64,000 nucleotides of DNA from an uncultured archaeon (GCA_964632315.1 CAZWEM010000010.1:32001-96000); one strand, 5' to 3'. Positions 48,780 to 59,963 are shown, counted from the first letter of the stretch. Notes: generated from the sequence alone by a model not told the origin. A program made the numbers and translations.

Positions 48780-49405
48780 TGATTATTAAATTAAAAGGAA
48801 TTGAATATTACATTGGAATAAATGCTATCAAATTGAAGTTAAATACTATATCTTTAGAAGATACTTTAGCGCTAATACATAAAATTCAATTGAGTTTTTC
48901 GGGCTCTGTTATACAATTTTTCAATGATGAGTTTATACTAAATCAAAAACATATCGTTGATGCTTGTTATCATTTCATAAAATCATTCGGTTCAAATCGG
49001 AACATAGCTTCAAGTAAAAACATCGAATTATTATTGTACTTAGCCTGTAACCGGCAAATTAAATTTAGTTTAAAAAATTTTGGTATTAATGAAGAAATCC
49101 TTGACAAAGGGGTATTACACTACTGTGTAATACATAAAATTGATAAAATCTCCGAAATAGATAAAAAGTTAATAGCAGAACTGGATTCTATTCCGCAAAA
49201 GCCAAAAATTTTAGATAAATCCTTAGAAAAATTCAACAAGATAAAAAAATTCTTCAATATTAAGGAGAAGCAAATAGATGTGATACTTAGATCTTACAAT
49301 ATTAAACCAGAAGATACAGTCTTAAATCTTGAAAATTTAGACTTATTTTACGTGAGTTTAAATGATTTAATTTCTGAGAAAATGGCATTACTCAGCTTAG
49401 AATAA
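48776..49405 (+). CDS. cgi121: KEOPS subunit Cgi121
   Basis: NIASSKNIELLLYLACNRQI...FGI, C-terminal EKMALL; ATGA overlap with ecfT. Confidence 0.85.
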   Translation: MMIIKLKGIEYYIGINAIKLKLNTISLEDTLALIHKIQLSFSGSVIQFFNDEFILNQKHIVDACYHFIKSFGSNRNIASSKNIELLLYLACNRQIKFSLKNFGINEEILDKGVLHYCVIHKIDKISEIDKKLIAELDSIPQKPKILDKSLEKFNKIKKFFNIKEKQIDVILRSYNIKPEDTVLNLENLDLFYVSLNDLISEKMALLSLE

Positions 49406-49425
49406 ACTTAATAGACTCCTTTAAG

Positions 49426-49944
49426 TTATAAATCCTTAGTTTTAATGATTGCATTTGGACTTAAATAGGAAATTCCAGATATATTTCCCAAAATTTCAAT
49501 ATGGATGATCTTATCAGGGTGTTCCAGATCAACTTTATTATTTAAAATTGAGGCGATTTTTTTAATAAATGATTGTCTATTTATGTAAGGGCTTTTTCTA
49601 CGATTCAGTACAATTTTAAAACTGTCTTCAGAATGAATGTACTTGTAATAATTTGATTGAATGATTTCTGATATCGTTTGAACCTGAGTTTCACAAACGT
49701 AATCAATTGGTATAATTTTAAGAATAAATTGAAAAAAGTCGGGATTTTCTTTAGAGATTCTTTTAATTTTTTGAATTACAGTTTTATTATCAATTTTTGT
49801 TAATGCTATAAGAAGCCCTTGAAAATCCAATCTAGATATGATTGGATATTCGTCTCCGCACATAAGTAAGGTGAACCATAGTTCTGCTTTTGCGTTTTTC
49901 TCGTTAAATCTTGAAGTAGATATGAGTAAATTGAAATTTTTAAT
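49426..49944 (-). CDS. THUMP domain protein (Tan1-like), probable ATT start
   Basis: Frame continues 27 codons upstream of the annotated ATG (KNFNLLISTSRFNE..A..EL); LKIIPID, SFKI..RR, KVDLEHPDKII.IEILG. Confidence 0.85.
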   Translation of the reverse strand: MKNFNLLISTSRFNEKNAKAELWFTLLMCGDEYPIISRLDFQGLLIALTKIDNKTVIQKIKRISKENPDFFQFILKIIPIDYVCETQVQTISEIIQSNYYKYIHSEDSFKIVLNRRKSPYINRQSFIKKIASILNNKVDLEHPDKIIHIEILGNISGISYLSPNAIIKTKDL

Positions 49945-49956
49945 AAAAATCCCTCA

Positions 49957-50622
49957 TTATTTAATTTTGGATAAAACATTCATAATATCTTCTTCCGAAA
50001 TCACTCCTAATCTAATAATATTAGGTCTTTTGCTTGTACAATCAACGATTGTCGTTGGTATTTTAGATTTTGATTTTCCGTTATCGATTATTAAATCTAT
50101 TGGATTTAGGAATTTTTTAGCAACCTCATCACCACTCACCGAAGGTTTTTCTCCAGAATAATTTGCAGAAGTACCAATTATACCACCAAAATGTCCTCTT
50201 TCTTTTAACTTTTTTAAAATCGTTAATACAATTTCATTATCAGGAATTCTTATACCAATAGTCTCCTTCGAAGCAGATACTTCTTCAGGAACAATACAGG
50301 ATGTTTTTCTTTTTAGAATTAATGTTAACTGACCAGGCCAATATTTATCGGCTAATATTTTTGATTCCTTATTAAATTCAGCGAGTTTTGCTGCTTCTTC
50401 CATATCTGCTACTAGTATCAATAATCCCTTAGTTCGATCTCTAAACTTTATCTGATATACTTTTTCGATGAGTTCATAATTCAGGGGATCACCCCCTATA
50501 CCATATACTGAATCTGTTGGAAATGCAACTGTTTTTCCTTCGATGATTGTATCTACTGCAATTTCAAGATAAAGATCCAATTCTTTAATATTCTTTCCAC
50601 TAAGTTTAAGTAAAAGTCCCAT
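49957..50622 (-). CDS. sua5: L-threonylcarbamoyladenylate synthase (YrdC/Sua5 catalytic domain)
   Basis: VAFPTDSVYG, KFR, WPGQLT, RIPD, TSANYSG, TTIVD. Confidence 0.93.
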   Translation of the reverse strand: MGLLLKLSGKNIKELDLYLEIAVDTIIEGKTVAFPTDSVYGIGGDPLNYELIEKVYQIKFRDRTKGLLILVADMEEAAKLAEFNKESKILADKYWPGQLTLILKRKTSCIVPEEVSASKETIGIRIPDNEIVLTILKKLKERGHFGGIIGTSANYSGEKPSVSGDEVAKKFLNPIDLIIDNGKSKSKIPTTIVDCTSKRPNIIRLGVISEEDIMNVLSKIK

Positions 50623-50661
50623 CTGAATTCAATGATAAAAAGGAGATTAATATAAAAAAAT

Positions 50662-51609
50662 TTATCTTATCCGATCTTCCTGACAATTTAATTCAGAACT
50701 AATCATTTCCCATTGGTGATCAAGGGCTCGTTGAAGTTCAACTAATTGCTTTTCAGTCAATTTTGCAAATCTTTTCTGTCTCGAAAGATATTCTATTAAT
50801 GGTACGCGTTTTGATGGATCTAATAATGGTTTACTCTTTTTGGATAACTTTAAAACACCATCTTCTATTTCATACAAGATCCACGAACCTGTTTTAACTG
50901 CTAAACGAGGGATTTCGACTGAATCCTCTGAGGAGATTCCCCATCCTGGAGGACAAGAAGCTAATATTTGAATATATTTACAACCTTCAATAGATTTGGC
51001 TTTTTTAAATTTTTCATAAATATCTAAAGGTTCACTTACAGAACAAGTCGCAACATAAGGAATGTCGTGTGCGGCCATAATTCTTGGTAAATCTTTTTTG
51101 TACCTTTCTTTTCCTAATGGAGTTGTTGTTGTTACTGCTCCATGTGGTGTACTAGAAGATCGCTGAATTCCAGTATTCATGTAAGCTTCATTATCATAAC
51201 AACAATAAATGATGTTTGAGTTTCGTTCTGCAGCTCCACTTAATCCTTGAATCCCTATATCTGTAGTCCCTCCATCTCCAGCGAATACTAATGTAGTCAT
51301 TTTTTCCCAGACTTTCCCTGGAAATTTATATGCTTTTGCTTTGAATGCTGCCGAAACCCCCGTAGCTGCAGCTGCTCCTGCAGCAAAAGCCATATTCATA
51401 AAAGGGAAAGTGGGAGCAGTTTTTGGCCAGAGTCCAATAACTACATTCAAACAACTAGCAGGAGTAACTAATGAAGTATTTGCCCCTAAAGCTTTCATTG
51501 CCCATCTTAAAGCGATCTCAAGTCCACATCCTGCACACGTGGAATTGCCTGCTAAGAAATACTCTTCTTGAGCAACATCTAACGCTTCTTTAATCGATAC
51601 CATCTTCAC
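50662..51609 (-). CDS. porB: 2-oxoacid (pyruvate/ketoisovalerate):ferredoxin oxidoreductase beta subunit
   Basis: CAGCG, GDGGTTDIG TPP motif, YDNEAYMNTGIQRS. Confidence 0.92.
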   Translation of the reverse strand: MKMVSIKEALDVAQEEYFLAGNSTCAGCGLEIALRWAMKALGANTSLVTPASCLNVVIGLWPKTAPTFPFMNMAFAAGAAAATGVSAAFKAKAYKFPGKVWEKMTTLVFAGDGGTTDIGIQGLSGAAERNSNIIYCCYDNEAYMNTGIQRSSSTPHGAVTTTTPLGKERYKKDLPRIMAAHDIPYVATCSVSEPLDIYEKFKKAKSIEGCKYIQILASCPPGWGISSEDSVEIPRLAVKTGSWILYEIEDGVLKLSKKSKPLLDPSKRVPLIEYLSRQKRFAKLTEKQLVELQRALDHQWEMISSELNCQEDRIR

Positions 51610-52862
51610 TCTACCTCCAACAATCCGTCCCAGAAAGTTCCTTCAATCATATCTTTTGGAAGCTCCCCAGTTTCATTTAATTTTATTAAAGTTTTTAATT
51701 GATTTATTTGTTGTTCTAAACTAACTTCTCTACCACCTAATCCCATAATAATAGGTAAAACCTTTGTGGATACTCCAGAACCATATAACGCAGATTTTAC
51801 TTCGCTACTAACTGGTCCACCAGTAGGAGATCCAAATGCTGTTGCTCTATCAGCTACACCAAGAACTTTTACCTTTTTTGCAACGTTGATAATATCTTCA
51901 ACTGGGAATGGCCTAAAATATCTTAATTTTACACATCCTACCTTATAACCTTCATTTCTCAATTGATCAACAGCTTCTTCCATCTGCATAGCAAGTTCCC
52001 CATAGTTAATTATTGCTACTTCCGCATCATTCATTCTATACTCTTCGATCAAGCCATTTCCATAAGATCTACCAAAAAATTTCTCAAAATCTGATGTAAC
52101 TTCTTTTATTTTTTCTTTTGCTAAAGCATGAGTATAATGAATTTTTAACCTGAACTCGTTATAGAAGCCAGCAGGCATAATGAGATTACCATGCATCATT
52201 GGTCTTTCAGGATCGAGAAAAATATGAGGCCATCCTTTCTCATCTGGCAATGGTGGAAGAAAATCATCAACCTTAGCTTGATCTTCAATTATTACTGGTT
52301 TGGAAGTATGAGAAAGTATAAATCCGCCGTAAGCTACGAATTTGGGTAATAAAATATCATGATCTTCGCATATCTTGTAGGACATTAGAATATCATCATA
52401 TATCTCTTGATGACTTGAAGCAAATGAGATCATCCAGCCGGTGTCCCTACAACTTATAACATCGGTAAAATCTGCCCAAATGTTCCAAGGTGGAGCCGGA
52501 CCGCGTGATGCTATGGTTGTTACAATTGGTAATCTCGTCCCTGCTGCCCAATGGACCATCTCATACATGTAGAAAAGGCCTTGTCCTGAAGTTGCTGTAA
52601 AAGTCCTGGTACCAGCTGTGCTTGCTCCAATGATTGATGCCATTACAGAATGTTCCGACTCGACCTTAATATATTGAGTCCCGGGCATTTCCCCTTTATC
52701 AACAAATTCTGAAAGTTTTTCCACAACTGTTGTTTGTGGTGTAATAGGATAAGCACTTATGACTTGAACTCGTGCAGATTTTGCCGCATATGATGCTGCT
52801 ACATTCCCCTTAATAATTAAAGTTTCTTTTTCTTGTTTAAAATCTTGTTTTGCCTCAATCAT
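51606..52862 (-). CDS. porA: 2-oxoacid:ferredoxin oxidoreductase alpha subunit
   Basis: AYPITPQT, VESEHS, TATSGQG, FRPFP, GLGGR. Confidence 0.93.
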   Translation of the reverse strand: MIEAKQDFKQEKETLIIKGNVAASYAAKSARVQVISAYPITPQTTVVEKLSEFVDKGEMPGTQYIKVESEHSVMASIIGASTAGTRTFTATSGQGLFYMYEMVHWAAGTRLPIVTTIASRGPAPPWNIWADFTDVISCRDTGWMISFASSHQEIYDDILMSYKICEDHDILLPKFVAYGGFILSHTSKPVIIEDQAKVDDFLPPLPDEKGWPHIFLDPERPMMHGNLIMPAGFYNEFRLKIHYTHALAKEKIKEVTSDFEKFFGRSYGNGLIEEYRMNDAEVAIINYGELAMQMEEAVDQLRNEGYKVGCVKLRYFRPFPVEDIINVAKKVKVLGVADRATAFGSPTGGPVSSEVKSALYGSGVSTKVLPIIMGLGGREVSLEQQINQLKTLIKLNETGELPKDMIEGTFWDGLLEVE

Positions 52863-52863
52863 T

Positions 52864-53202
52864 TCATTCTTCACTCTCTCTTACCATTTCTATGCATTTT
52901 GTTGGACATTCTTTCGCACAAATACCACAACCTTTACAATAAACGTAATCTACTTCAAATTCTCCTTTTTCATTTTTAATAATAGTACCTTCTGGACAAT
53001 ACATCCAACATATCCCACATTTAGTACATTTTTCCTTGTCTATAATGGGCTTAAATGTTCTCCAGTCCCCCGTAGTACCTATTGCTCCTTTAATTGGAAG
53101 CGAGATTGGAATTGGAGGTAATTCTTCCCAATTATGATACTCTTGCACTATTGGTCTTTTATCTTTATCCTCACATATATTTTTCCATTTCACTTTATCC
53201 AT
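52864..53202 (-). CDS. porD: 2-oxoacid:ferredoxin oxidoreductase delta subunit (2x[4Fe-4S])
   Basis: [33 protein letters not shown]. Confidence 0.95.
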   Translation of the reverse strand: MDKVKWKNICEDKDKRPIVQEYHNWEELPPIPISLPIKGAIGTTGDWRTFKPIIDKEKCTKCGICWMYCPEGTIIKNEKGEFEVDYVYCKGCGICAKECPTKCIEMVRESEE

Positions 53203-53786
53203 TCATATTCAACCTCCTTAACACTATTATAAGCTTCCGTAGCAACTTCAAAATTCTTTTTCCCTCGAGATTCGCCAAATTCTTTATAAATAACTTTTTT
53301 CATTGTATCGAGATCATAGAAGCCAGTTACTTTCCCAAATGCTCCTAACATTGGGATATTTAATATTGGTCCGCTAGAATGCATAAACTCTTGATTGATG
53401 CATATTCCCGTAGCATCAACAATATAATATTTAACATCTTCGGGAAATTCGCAGGTATCTATAGGATTTTTACTATTAATTACTATCTTTACTCCGCTTT
53501 TAATAGTTGCCATAATTGAGGGGATATTTAACAAAGTTACATCAAAAATAAGCATATAATCAGGATTCTTAACGCTATCATAAGTCTTAATTTTTTTACT
53601 ACGAGATAGTTTCGTAAATGCTTGAATTGGGGCCCCCCTTCTTTCAGCACCAATAATTGGAATTGCAATAGTGTCCTTAAATCCTTTTTCGAATGCGAGT
53701 TGGGCTAATAATTGGCTAGCCGTAATTGCTGTTTGTCCACCTCGACCATGAAAGGTAATTTCAACGATTTTATTATTTTCACTCAT
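53190..53786 (-). CDS. porG: 2-oxoacid:ferredoxin oxidoreductase gamma subunit
   Basis: [27 protein letters not shown]. Confidence 0.92.
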   Translation of the reverse strand: MSENNKIVEITFHGRGGQTAITASQLLAQLAFEKGFKDTIAIPIIGAERRGAPIQAFTKLSRSKKIKTYDSVKNPDYMLIFDVTLLNIPSIMATIKSGVKIVINSKNPIDTCEFPEDVKYYIVDATGICINQEFMHSSGPILNIPMLGAFGKVTGFYDLDTMKKVIYKEFGESRGKKNFEVATEAYNSVKEVEYEWIK

Positions 53787-54071
53787 CAAATTTTTCACTA
53801 ATAATCTTCTCTGAACCGTAATCAATATTAACAAATAATGAAGATATATTTGGTGATTACTTTTAAAATTAATGTAAATTCTCTCGTTAATAGAAAATAA
53901 TGGACAATCAATTAAAAATTTCTTGAAAAGATATATAAGTTCACTGTTTAATAAGAATAAATCATTTGAAATAACTGAGTTAAGATGATTAAGTGTATCT
54001 CCTCATTTTTTTCAGCTTAATTGAATATAAAGCAAGGAAACCTTGAAAAGATCAATTTTAAATGATAATAC

Positions 54072-54647
54072 ATGTCTGAAGAAGCAAAAAAGTCGCAAGA
54101 AGATTTTTCATTTAAATGCCCAGCTTGTAAAAAGGGAGTGATTAAAATTTCTAAAACAACCTATGATTTGCCCGATAAAGATAAAATGCTTATCATTAAA
54201 TTCGAATGTAATGTATGCAATTTTTCAAAAAATGACGTGATACCTCTTACAAGTAAGATTGAGCCAGGAATCTTAATTCTTAGGGTAACAAATGAAGAAG
54301 ATCTAAAATCGAAAATTTATCGTTCTCCAGTGGGAAAGTTAGAGATTCCAGAACTAGAAATAGTTGTTGAGCCCGGTCCAAACGCAGATTTTTTTTATAC
54401 TAATGTAGAGGGTATTTTAGACAGATTTGAGCAAGCAGTAAGAATATATTATAAGAATATAGATGACAATGGAATTCAAAAGAAAGAAGCAGAGGATATT
54501 TTAAATGACATTGAAAAAGCGAGAGTTGGTAAACTTAATTTTACACTTAAAATAACAGATACAGGAGGAGGGAGTTATATAATACCTCAAGATGAGTCAA
54601 AATATACTTTTCAGAAGGTAAATCAATCAAATGGCGTGAATGAGTGA
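54072..54647 (+). CDS. ZPR1 zinc finger protein
   Basis: CPAC...CNVC, IPELEIVVEPGP, TNVEGIL. Confidence 0.92.
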   Translation: MSEEAKKSQEDFSFKCPACKKGVIKISKTTYDLPDKDKMLIIKFECNVCNFSKNDVIPLTSKIEPGILILRVTNEEDLKSKIYRSPVGKLEIPELEIVVEPGPNADFFYTNVEGILDRFEQAVRIYYKNIDDNGIQKKEAEDILNDIEKARVGKLNFTLKITDTGGGSYIIPQDESKYTFQKVNQSNGVNE

Positions 54648-54720
54648 GAATTTAGTTAACATAATTTTTTAATAATATCTATTTTATATATAAGTAAGCA
54701 AATTCAAGGGATTAAAAATA

Positions 54721-55869
54721 ATGACGATAAAAAGAATTGGAATTTTGACTGGGGGGGGAGATTGTCCCGGTCTAAATTCAGTTATTTATGGAATAATGTT
54801 AAAAGCTTTCGATGCTGAGGTAGAATGTATAGGAATTTTAAAAGGTTGGAAGGGTTTCATTGAAAACAAAACGATCCCCCTAAGAATTGCAGATCATGAT
54901 GATCTACATACGGAAGGAGGCACTTTATTATACACGAGTCGAACTAATCCGTTTAAGGGAAGCATATCAAAGGAAGAAAAAGCAAAGGAGCTTACAAACA
55001 AATTTAAAGATCTCGGGATTGATGCGTTAATCGCGATTGGTGGTGATGATACTCTTGGAGTCGCGGATATGATGCATAAATTTGGAGGAGCTAAAATCGT
55101 AGGCTGTCCTAAAACAATTGATAATGATTTAGCAGGAACTCATTATACTTTTGGGTTTTGGAGTGCCACACAATTAGCTTCTAATGCAATGGATAATCTC
55201 ACGACGACTGCCCGTTCTCACCAGCGTGTTTTTGTTGTAGAGATTATGGGAAGAGACGCAGGATTTCTTACAATGTATAGCGGAATTTCAGCAGGAGCAG
55301 ATATTATATTAATTCCAGAAACTCCTTTTGATTTAGAGAAAGATGTGATAAATGTTTTAAAGGAGAGAGTGAAGTCTGGCTATAAATATCATATAATTGC
55401 GACTTCTGAAGGTGCTCATCCCAAAAAAGATTCGTTAATCAGAGATTTTAAAACAATTAGAAAAGAAACCATTGAGAAATTGCCAAAAGATACATTTGGG
55501 AACCCATTATTAGCTAAACTCAACATTTCACAAATTATTGTCGATGAGTTAAATCTAAGAGAAGATCTAAAAGAAATATTTAATCAATATGATATCGATT
55601 TTGAATGTAGAAGTGTTGTCCTGGGCCATACCATGCGGGCGGGAACTCCAAATTGCTTTGATCGGATACTAGGTTTGCGATTTGGGTTAGCTGCGATGAA
55701 ATTAGTATTAAAAAATGAATTTGGATACATGGTCTCCCTTCAAGGGAATAAAATAGTGAAATATCCACTTTCAGAAGGAGTTAAGAAAAAATATATTACT
55801 GCGGAAAATGATAAGATGGAACTCAGAGACTTATTAGTTAAAGTTCGATATTTATCTAAGCAAAAATAA
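54721..55869 (+). CDS. pfp: PfkA-family 6-phosphofructokinase, probably PPi-dependent
   Basis: TGGGDCPGLN, GGDDT, PKTIDND, VEIMGR, LGHTMR. Confidence 0.85.
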   Translation: MTIKRIGILTGGGDCPGLNSVIYGIMLKAFDAEVECIGILKGWKGFIENKTIPLRIADHDDLHTEGGTLLYTSRTNPFKGSISKEEKAKELTNKFKDLGIDALIAIGGDDTLGVADMMHKFGGAKIVGCPKTIDNDLAGTHYTFGFWSATQLASNAMDNLTTTARSHQRVFVVEIMGRDAGFLTMYSGISAGADIILIPETPFDLEKDVINVLKERVKSGYKYHIIATSEGAHPKKDSLIRDFKTIRKETIEKLPKDTFGNPLLAKLNISQIIVDELNLREDLKEIFNQYDIDFECRSVVLGHTMRAGTPNCFDRILGLRFGLAAMKLVLKNEFGYMVSLQGNKIVKYPLSEGVKKKYITAENDKMELRDLLVKVRYLSKQK

Positions 55870-55902
55870 ACTTTTACAGTTTTAATTAATAAATTAACCA
55901 CG

Positions 55903-57123
55903 TTAATCTTTTAAATCACTTTGCTTTAAATTGGGTGCTTTAAAGAGAATTAGTCCACTTATAAGCATGATTAAAGCAGCTATAACAAAAGGTGGCCATT
56001 CTACTAATTCAATTAAAGTTCCTCCTCTCATTACAGGGATATTAGTAAGATCAACAATAAATCCCATTAGTAGAGGGCCAAGAACAAATCCTATATCTCC
56101 AATCGTCCTATATACACCCATATAAATCTCAAGTTTTTCTTTTGGAGCAATATCTGTAACATATGCGGCAATTGGTCCTGATAAACCTATGATTGCTCCA
56201 TAAACAAACATGACTATTGAAATTTGCATAAAATCTGTTGTAAATGCAATCCATATAGTTACTGGGGCAGATATAAGAAGAGATAGCAATAGTGGAGTAC
56301 GTCGCCCTATTTTATCTGAAATGAAACCAATGGGTACCATTGTAGATGCAGTTGCAATCCCTGCAAAGGTTAAAAGGATACCGATATCAAACTCATTTAG
56401 CCCAAGATCATTTCCTGAAAAAAGAGGTACAAGAGTACTTCTTACTCCTGTTCGAATAAAGAATAAGGAAAAAATTGCAGGAAGAACTGGTATAAATCTT
56501 AGATCTTTTAGAGCATTCCCAGCTTGGCGATAAAGATTTTGTATTTTAATAATTTTTTCATTATTCGAATTATTCACATGTGGCAGTATGAGAGTAGGAA
56601 TGATTCCACTAGCCGATATTATGGAATAAGCAAAAAAGGGAGCATTAATACCATAAGTATCTGCAATAAAACCACCAAAACTTGGTCCAAAAATTGCCCC
56701 TAATAGTAAAAATCCGGCATAAATGCTCATTAAAAAACCTCTCCTTTCAGGAGTAGTTACCAATGCAATAAATATAGTAGCTGTAGTAACATAAATTGCA
56801 GAACCTAAGCCTTCAATAATTCGAGCGGCTAATAACATCCAATAATTCTGGGCAAATCCAGCCAAAATTGAAGAACTTGAGACTAAAATTAATCCCAGTA
56901 TCATTAAGCTTTTTTTATTAAATCTTTGAGCTAAAAAACCAGCTGGTAAATCGAGAAACATCCGAGCTATTCCGAATGCTGCTACAACAAGCCCAACAAG
57001 TGTATAATTTACATGAAATGTTTCAGCATAATAGGGCAAAATTGGAGCGATTACACTCAATCCCAGTAATACTAGAAATGTAACTGCTGATAAATTTAAT
57101 GTGGTTATGACATCTTTCTTTAT
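55903..57123 (-). CDS. MFS transporter, probable ATA start
   Basis: GFLAQRFNKK and GFISDKIGRR motifs; first TM helix lies upstream of the annotated TTG (57060) in an open frame. Confidence 0.88.
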   Translation of the reverse strand: MKKDVITTLNLSAVTFLVLLGLSVIAPILPYYAETFHVNYTLVGLVVAAFGIARMFLDLPAGFLAQRFNKKSLMILGLILVSSSSILAGFAQNYWMLLAARIIEGLGSAIYVTTATIFIALVTTPERRGFLMSIYAGFLLLGAIFGPSFGGFIADTYGINAPFFAYSIISASGIIPTLILPHVNNSNNEKIIKIQNLYRQAGNALKDLRFIPVLPAIFSLFFIRTGVRSTLVPLFSGNDLGLNEFDIGILLTFAGIATASTMVPIGFISDKIGRRTPLLLSLLISAPVTIWIAFTTDFMQISIVMFVYGAIIGLSGPIAAYVTDIAPKEKLEIYMGVYRTIGDIGFVLGPLLMGFIVDLTNIPVMRGGTLIELVEWPPFVIAALIMLISGLILFKAPNLKQSDLKD

Positions 57124-57202
57124 AAGTCTCTCACTTTATGCTTGGTATAGATTTATAAAATGAATTGCTGAAAAAAAGGCTAATCAATACTTATTAGAAA
57201 AA

Positions 57203-58447
57203 TTAACCAAAATGTTTTTCTTCAGCATGCTCAGAATCTATAGCATCTTGTTCTACGTCTCTACCTAACCATTTTTCGCTTAATGATTCCTTGTACCATT
57301 CATGTTGGATGATTAGGGACATTATTTCATTGGTTCCTGTCCATATTTGCCCGATCCTAGAGTCTCGAAGCAATCGTTCAATGGGATAAACTGTTGTATA
57401 TCCAATTCCTGCCATAATCTGCATCGAGTTATTAATTACTTTCCAAGAATTTTCAGTGGAAAATTTTTTTGCCTCAGAAACAAGTCTTCGCTGTAGTGCT
57501 GGTGGTGCTCCCGCATCAATACTTTTTGCGGTGTTATAGACAATCCCTCGAATTGCATCCAATAAAGTACAATTTTCAGCTATGAGAAAACTTACCGCTT
57601 GAAATTTATTGATTGTTTGCCCAAAAGCTTTTCTTCTAGAACTATACTTCGTAGCAATGTGATGAGATGCTCTTGCCAATCCTAATAACCCAGAAGCAGT
57701 TGTTAAACGCTCAGGAACCATCATTTGATAAAAGATTTTACCTCCCATACCTTCTCCGAGTAAAATATTTTCCTTAGGGACTATAACGTTCTCAAATTTA
57801 ATACGTCCAGCACCTCCTCCTCGGGTCCCCATCAATCCATATAGATATTCTGTACTCACACCTTCACTTCTATCAACAATAAATAGACTTAAAGCAGTGT
57901 GTGGATCAGCTTTTTCATTAAGATTTGTCCTCGCATAAACTAAAAAGAAGTCGGCACCTTCTGCTCCTACGACAAATCGTTTTTCCCCATTAAGAACATA
58001 ATGATCACCCTCTTTAACTGCTGTACAAGTGGCTCCAAAGAAATCAGATCCTCCTCTAGGTTCGGTTAAAGCCTCAGCGGTGAATTTCTTTCCTTCACAC
58101 ATAGGTTTTAAATAATTTTGCTTTTGTTCTTCGGTTCCAAATAGATTCAAGGCTTCTCCGCAAATACTCGGAAGCGAAAACAAGCAAGCTAAAGAACTTC
58201 CCAACACGCCAACTTCTTCTTGAGCAATTACTTCACTTTCCCAATTCAGTCCTCTACCACCATATTTTTTAGGAAATCGAATTCCTATAAGATTTTTATC
58301 TGCTAAAGCATTTAACCATTCACTAGGATATTGAATCTCATCCTTGTCCATTTTTTTTAGTAATGAAGGAGGGACCGCATCTTTAACAAACTCTCGAACT
58401 TCTTCTTTAAATTTTTTATTTTCATCGCTTAATAAATAGTCATACAT
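57203..58447 (-). CDS. Acyl-CoA dehydrogenase
   Basis: [41 protein letters not shown]. Confidence 0.95.
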   Translation of the reverse strand: MYDYLLSDENKKFKEEVREFVKDAVPPSLLKKMDKDEIQYPSEWLNALADKNLIGIRFPKKYGGRGLNWESEVIAQEEVGVLGSSLACLFSLPSICGEALNLFGTEEQKQNYLKPMCEGKKFTAEALTEPRGGSDFFGATCTAVKEGDHYVLNGEKRFVVGAEGADFFLVYARTNLNEKADPHTALSLFIVDRSEGVSTEYLYGLMGTRGGGAGRIKFENVIVPKENILLGEGMGGKIFYQMMVPERLTTASGLLGLARASHHIATKYSSRRKAFGQTINKFQAVSFLIAENCTLLDAIRGIVYNTAKSIDAGAPPALQRRLVSEAKKFSTENSWKVINNSMQIMAGIGYTTVYPIERLLRDSRIGQIWTGTNEIMSLIIQHEWYKESLSEKWLGRDVEQDAIDSEHAEEKHFG

Positions 58448-58594
58448 ATTTAACGTTCACCATGTTGTTCACATTATGTATAATAAAGTAGGGAACTAAA
58501 AATAGATTTATAAAATAACTAAAGAGTTATTAGTTTAGATTCACTTCTACAAATACTAAAATTTCATTGAAATATTCGATTTAAATCAATACTC

Positions 58595-59854
58595 ATGTTC
58601 TCAAAATTTAAGGGGATATACAAGGAATACCCAGGTTCTTTTAGAATTCTTGTCCTTGCAACTTTTATTGATAGGTTGGGAAGTTTCTTACTTTATCCAT
58701 TTTTTGCACTCTACATTACTGCACGCTTTAATGTCGGAATGATTCAAGTAGGATTTTTATTTACCATTTTATCGTTAGGGAGCATATTTGGAAGCGCAAT
58801 GGGAGGCGCTTTAGCAGATAGATTTGGTAGACGATTACTTATATTATTTGGGTTAGTTGTTAGTGGAATAGGAAGCATCTTTATGGGCATAATAAATGAA
58901 TTATATGCTTTTTACATACTTGCTGCAATATTAGGAGTCTTAGGAGATTTCGGTGGACCTGCACGCCAAGCAATGGTAGTTGATTTACTCGGTAAAGATA
59001 AGCAAGCAGAAGGATTTGGAATCCTTAGAGTTGCTGTGAATCTTTCTGCTGTAATTGGACCAATTTTAGGTGGAATAATTGCTGCTCAATCATATCTTTT
59101 CTTGTTTATAGCAGATGCGGTGAGTAGCATTATAACTGCGATCATTGTTTTTAAAGTGATCCCAGAGACAAAACCCGAAAAGAAGGATGATTCTCCCGAA
59201 GTTAGCGTTATAAAGACTTTAATAGGATATAAAGATGTTCTAAAGGATTTACAATATGTTGCATTTTTATCTGTATCAGCAATAACAGTATTAGTCTACA
59301 TGCAACTGAATAGTACACTTTCAGTCTTTTTAAGAGATGTTTATGGGTTTGCTCCATGGAAATTTGGCTTCCTCCTGGCTACGAACGCAATTATGGTCGT
59401 GGTTATGCAATTTTGGATCACCAGAAAGGTTTCTAAATATGCACCTATGAAGGTTATGGCAGTGGGGACCTTATTATACATGGTTGGTTTTGGAATGTAT
59501 GGTTTTGTCTCTTCAGAATTTTTATTTTTTATTGCCATGATCATTCTTACAATAGGTGAAATGATAGAAATGCCCATAGGGCAAGCTGTAGCTGCACATT
59601 TTGCACCTGAAGATAAGAGGGGACGCTACATGGCAGTTTTTGGATTTCATTGGGCAATTCCAAATTTATTTGGAATTCTTCTAGCAGGAATTGTTATAGC
59701 TACTGTTGGACCAAATTGGGTGTGGTATTTTGCAGGTATTCTATCACTTATAGCTGCTGTAGGTTTTTGGTTCCTAAATAATGTGACTAAAAAGCGTTTT
59801 GTTAAAATTAAAGAAGATGCGGAACAAGGTTTAAAAATAGATCTTACTTCATAA
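58595..59854 (+). CDS. MFS transporter (MdtH-like), paralog 1
   Basis: GGALADRFGRR motif A; 12 TM. Confidence 0.92.
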   Translation: MFSKFKGIYKEYPGSFRILVLATFIDRLGSFLLYPFFALYITARFNVGMIQVGFLFTILSLGSIFGSAMGGALADRFGRRLLILFGLVVSGIGSIFMGIINELYAFYILAAILGVLGDFGGPARQAMVVDLLGKDKQAEGFGILRVAVNLSAVIGPILGGIIAAQSYLFLFIADAVSSIITAIIVFKVIPETKPEKKDDSPEVSVIKTLIGYKDVLKDLQYVAFLSVSAITVLVYMQLNSTLSVFLRDVYGFAPWKFGFLLATNAIMVVVMQFWITRKVSKYAPMKVMAVGTLLYMVGFGMYGFVSSEFLFFIAMIILTIGEMIEMPIGQAVAAHFAPEDKRGRYMAVFGFHWAIPNLFGILLAGIVIATVGPNWVWYFAGILSLIAAVGFWFLNNVTKKRFVKIKEDAEQGLKIDLTS

Positions 59855-59963
59855 AAAATTCATTGATTACTTCGAACTTCAATTCAAGAATCTATTTTAA
59901 ACTACAATATTTTTAATTATAAATTCAAATGGGATTTTTTTCTAGAGAATTAGTGATCAAGCC

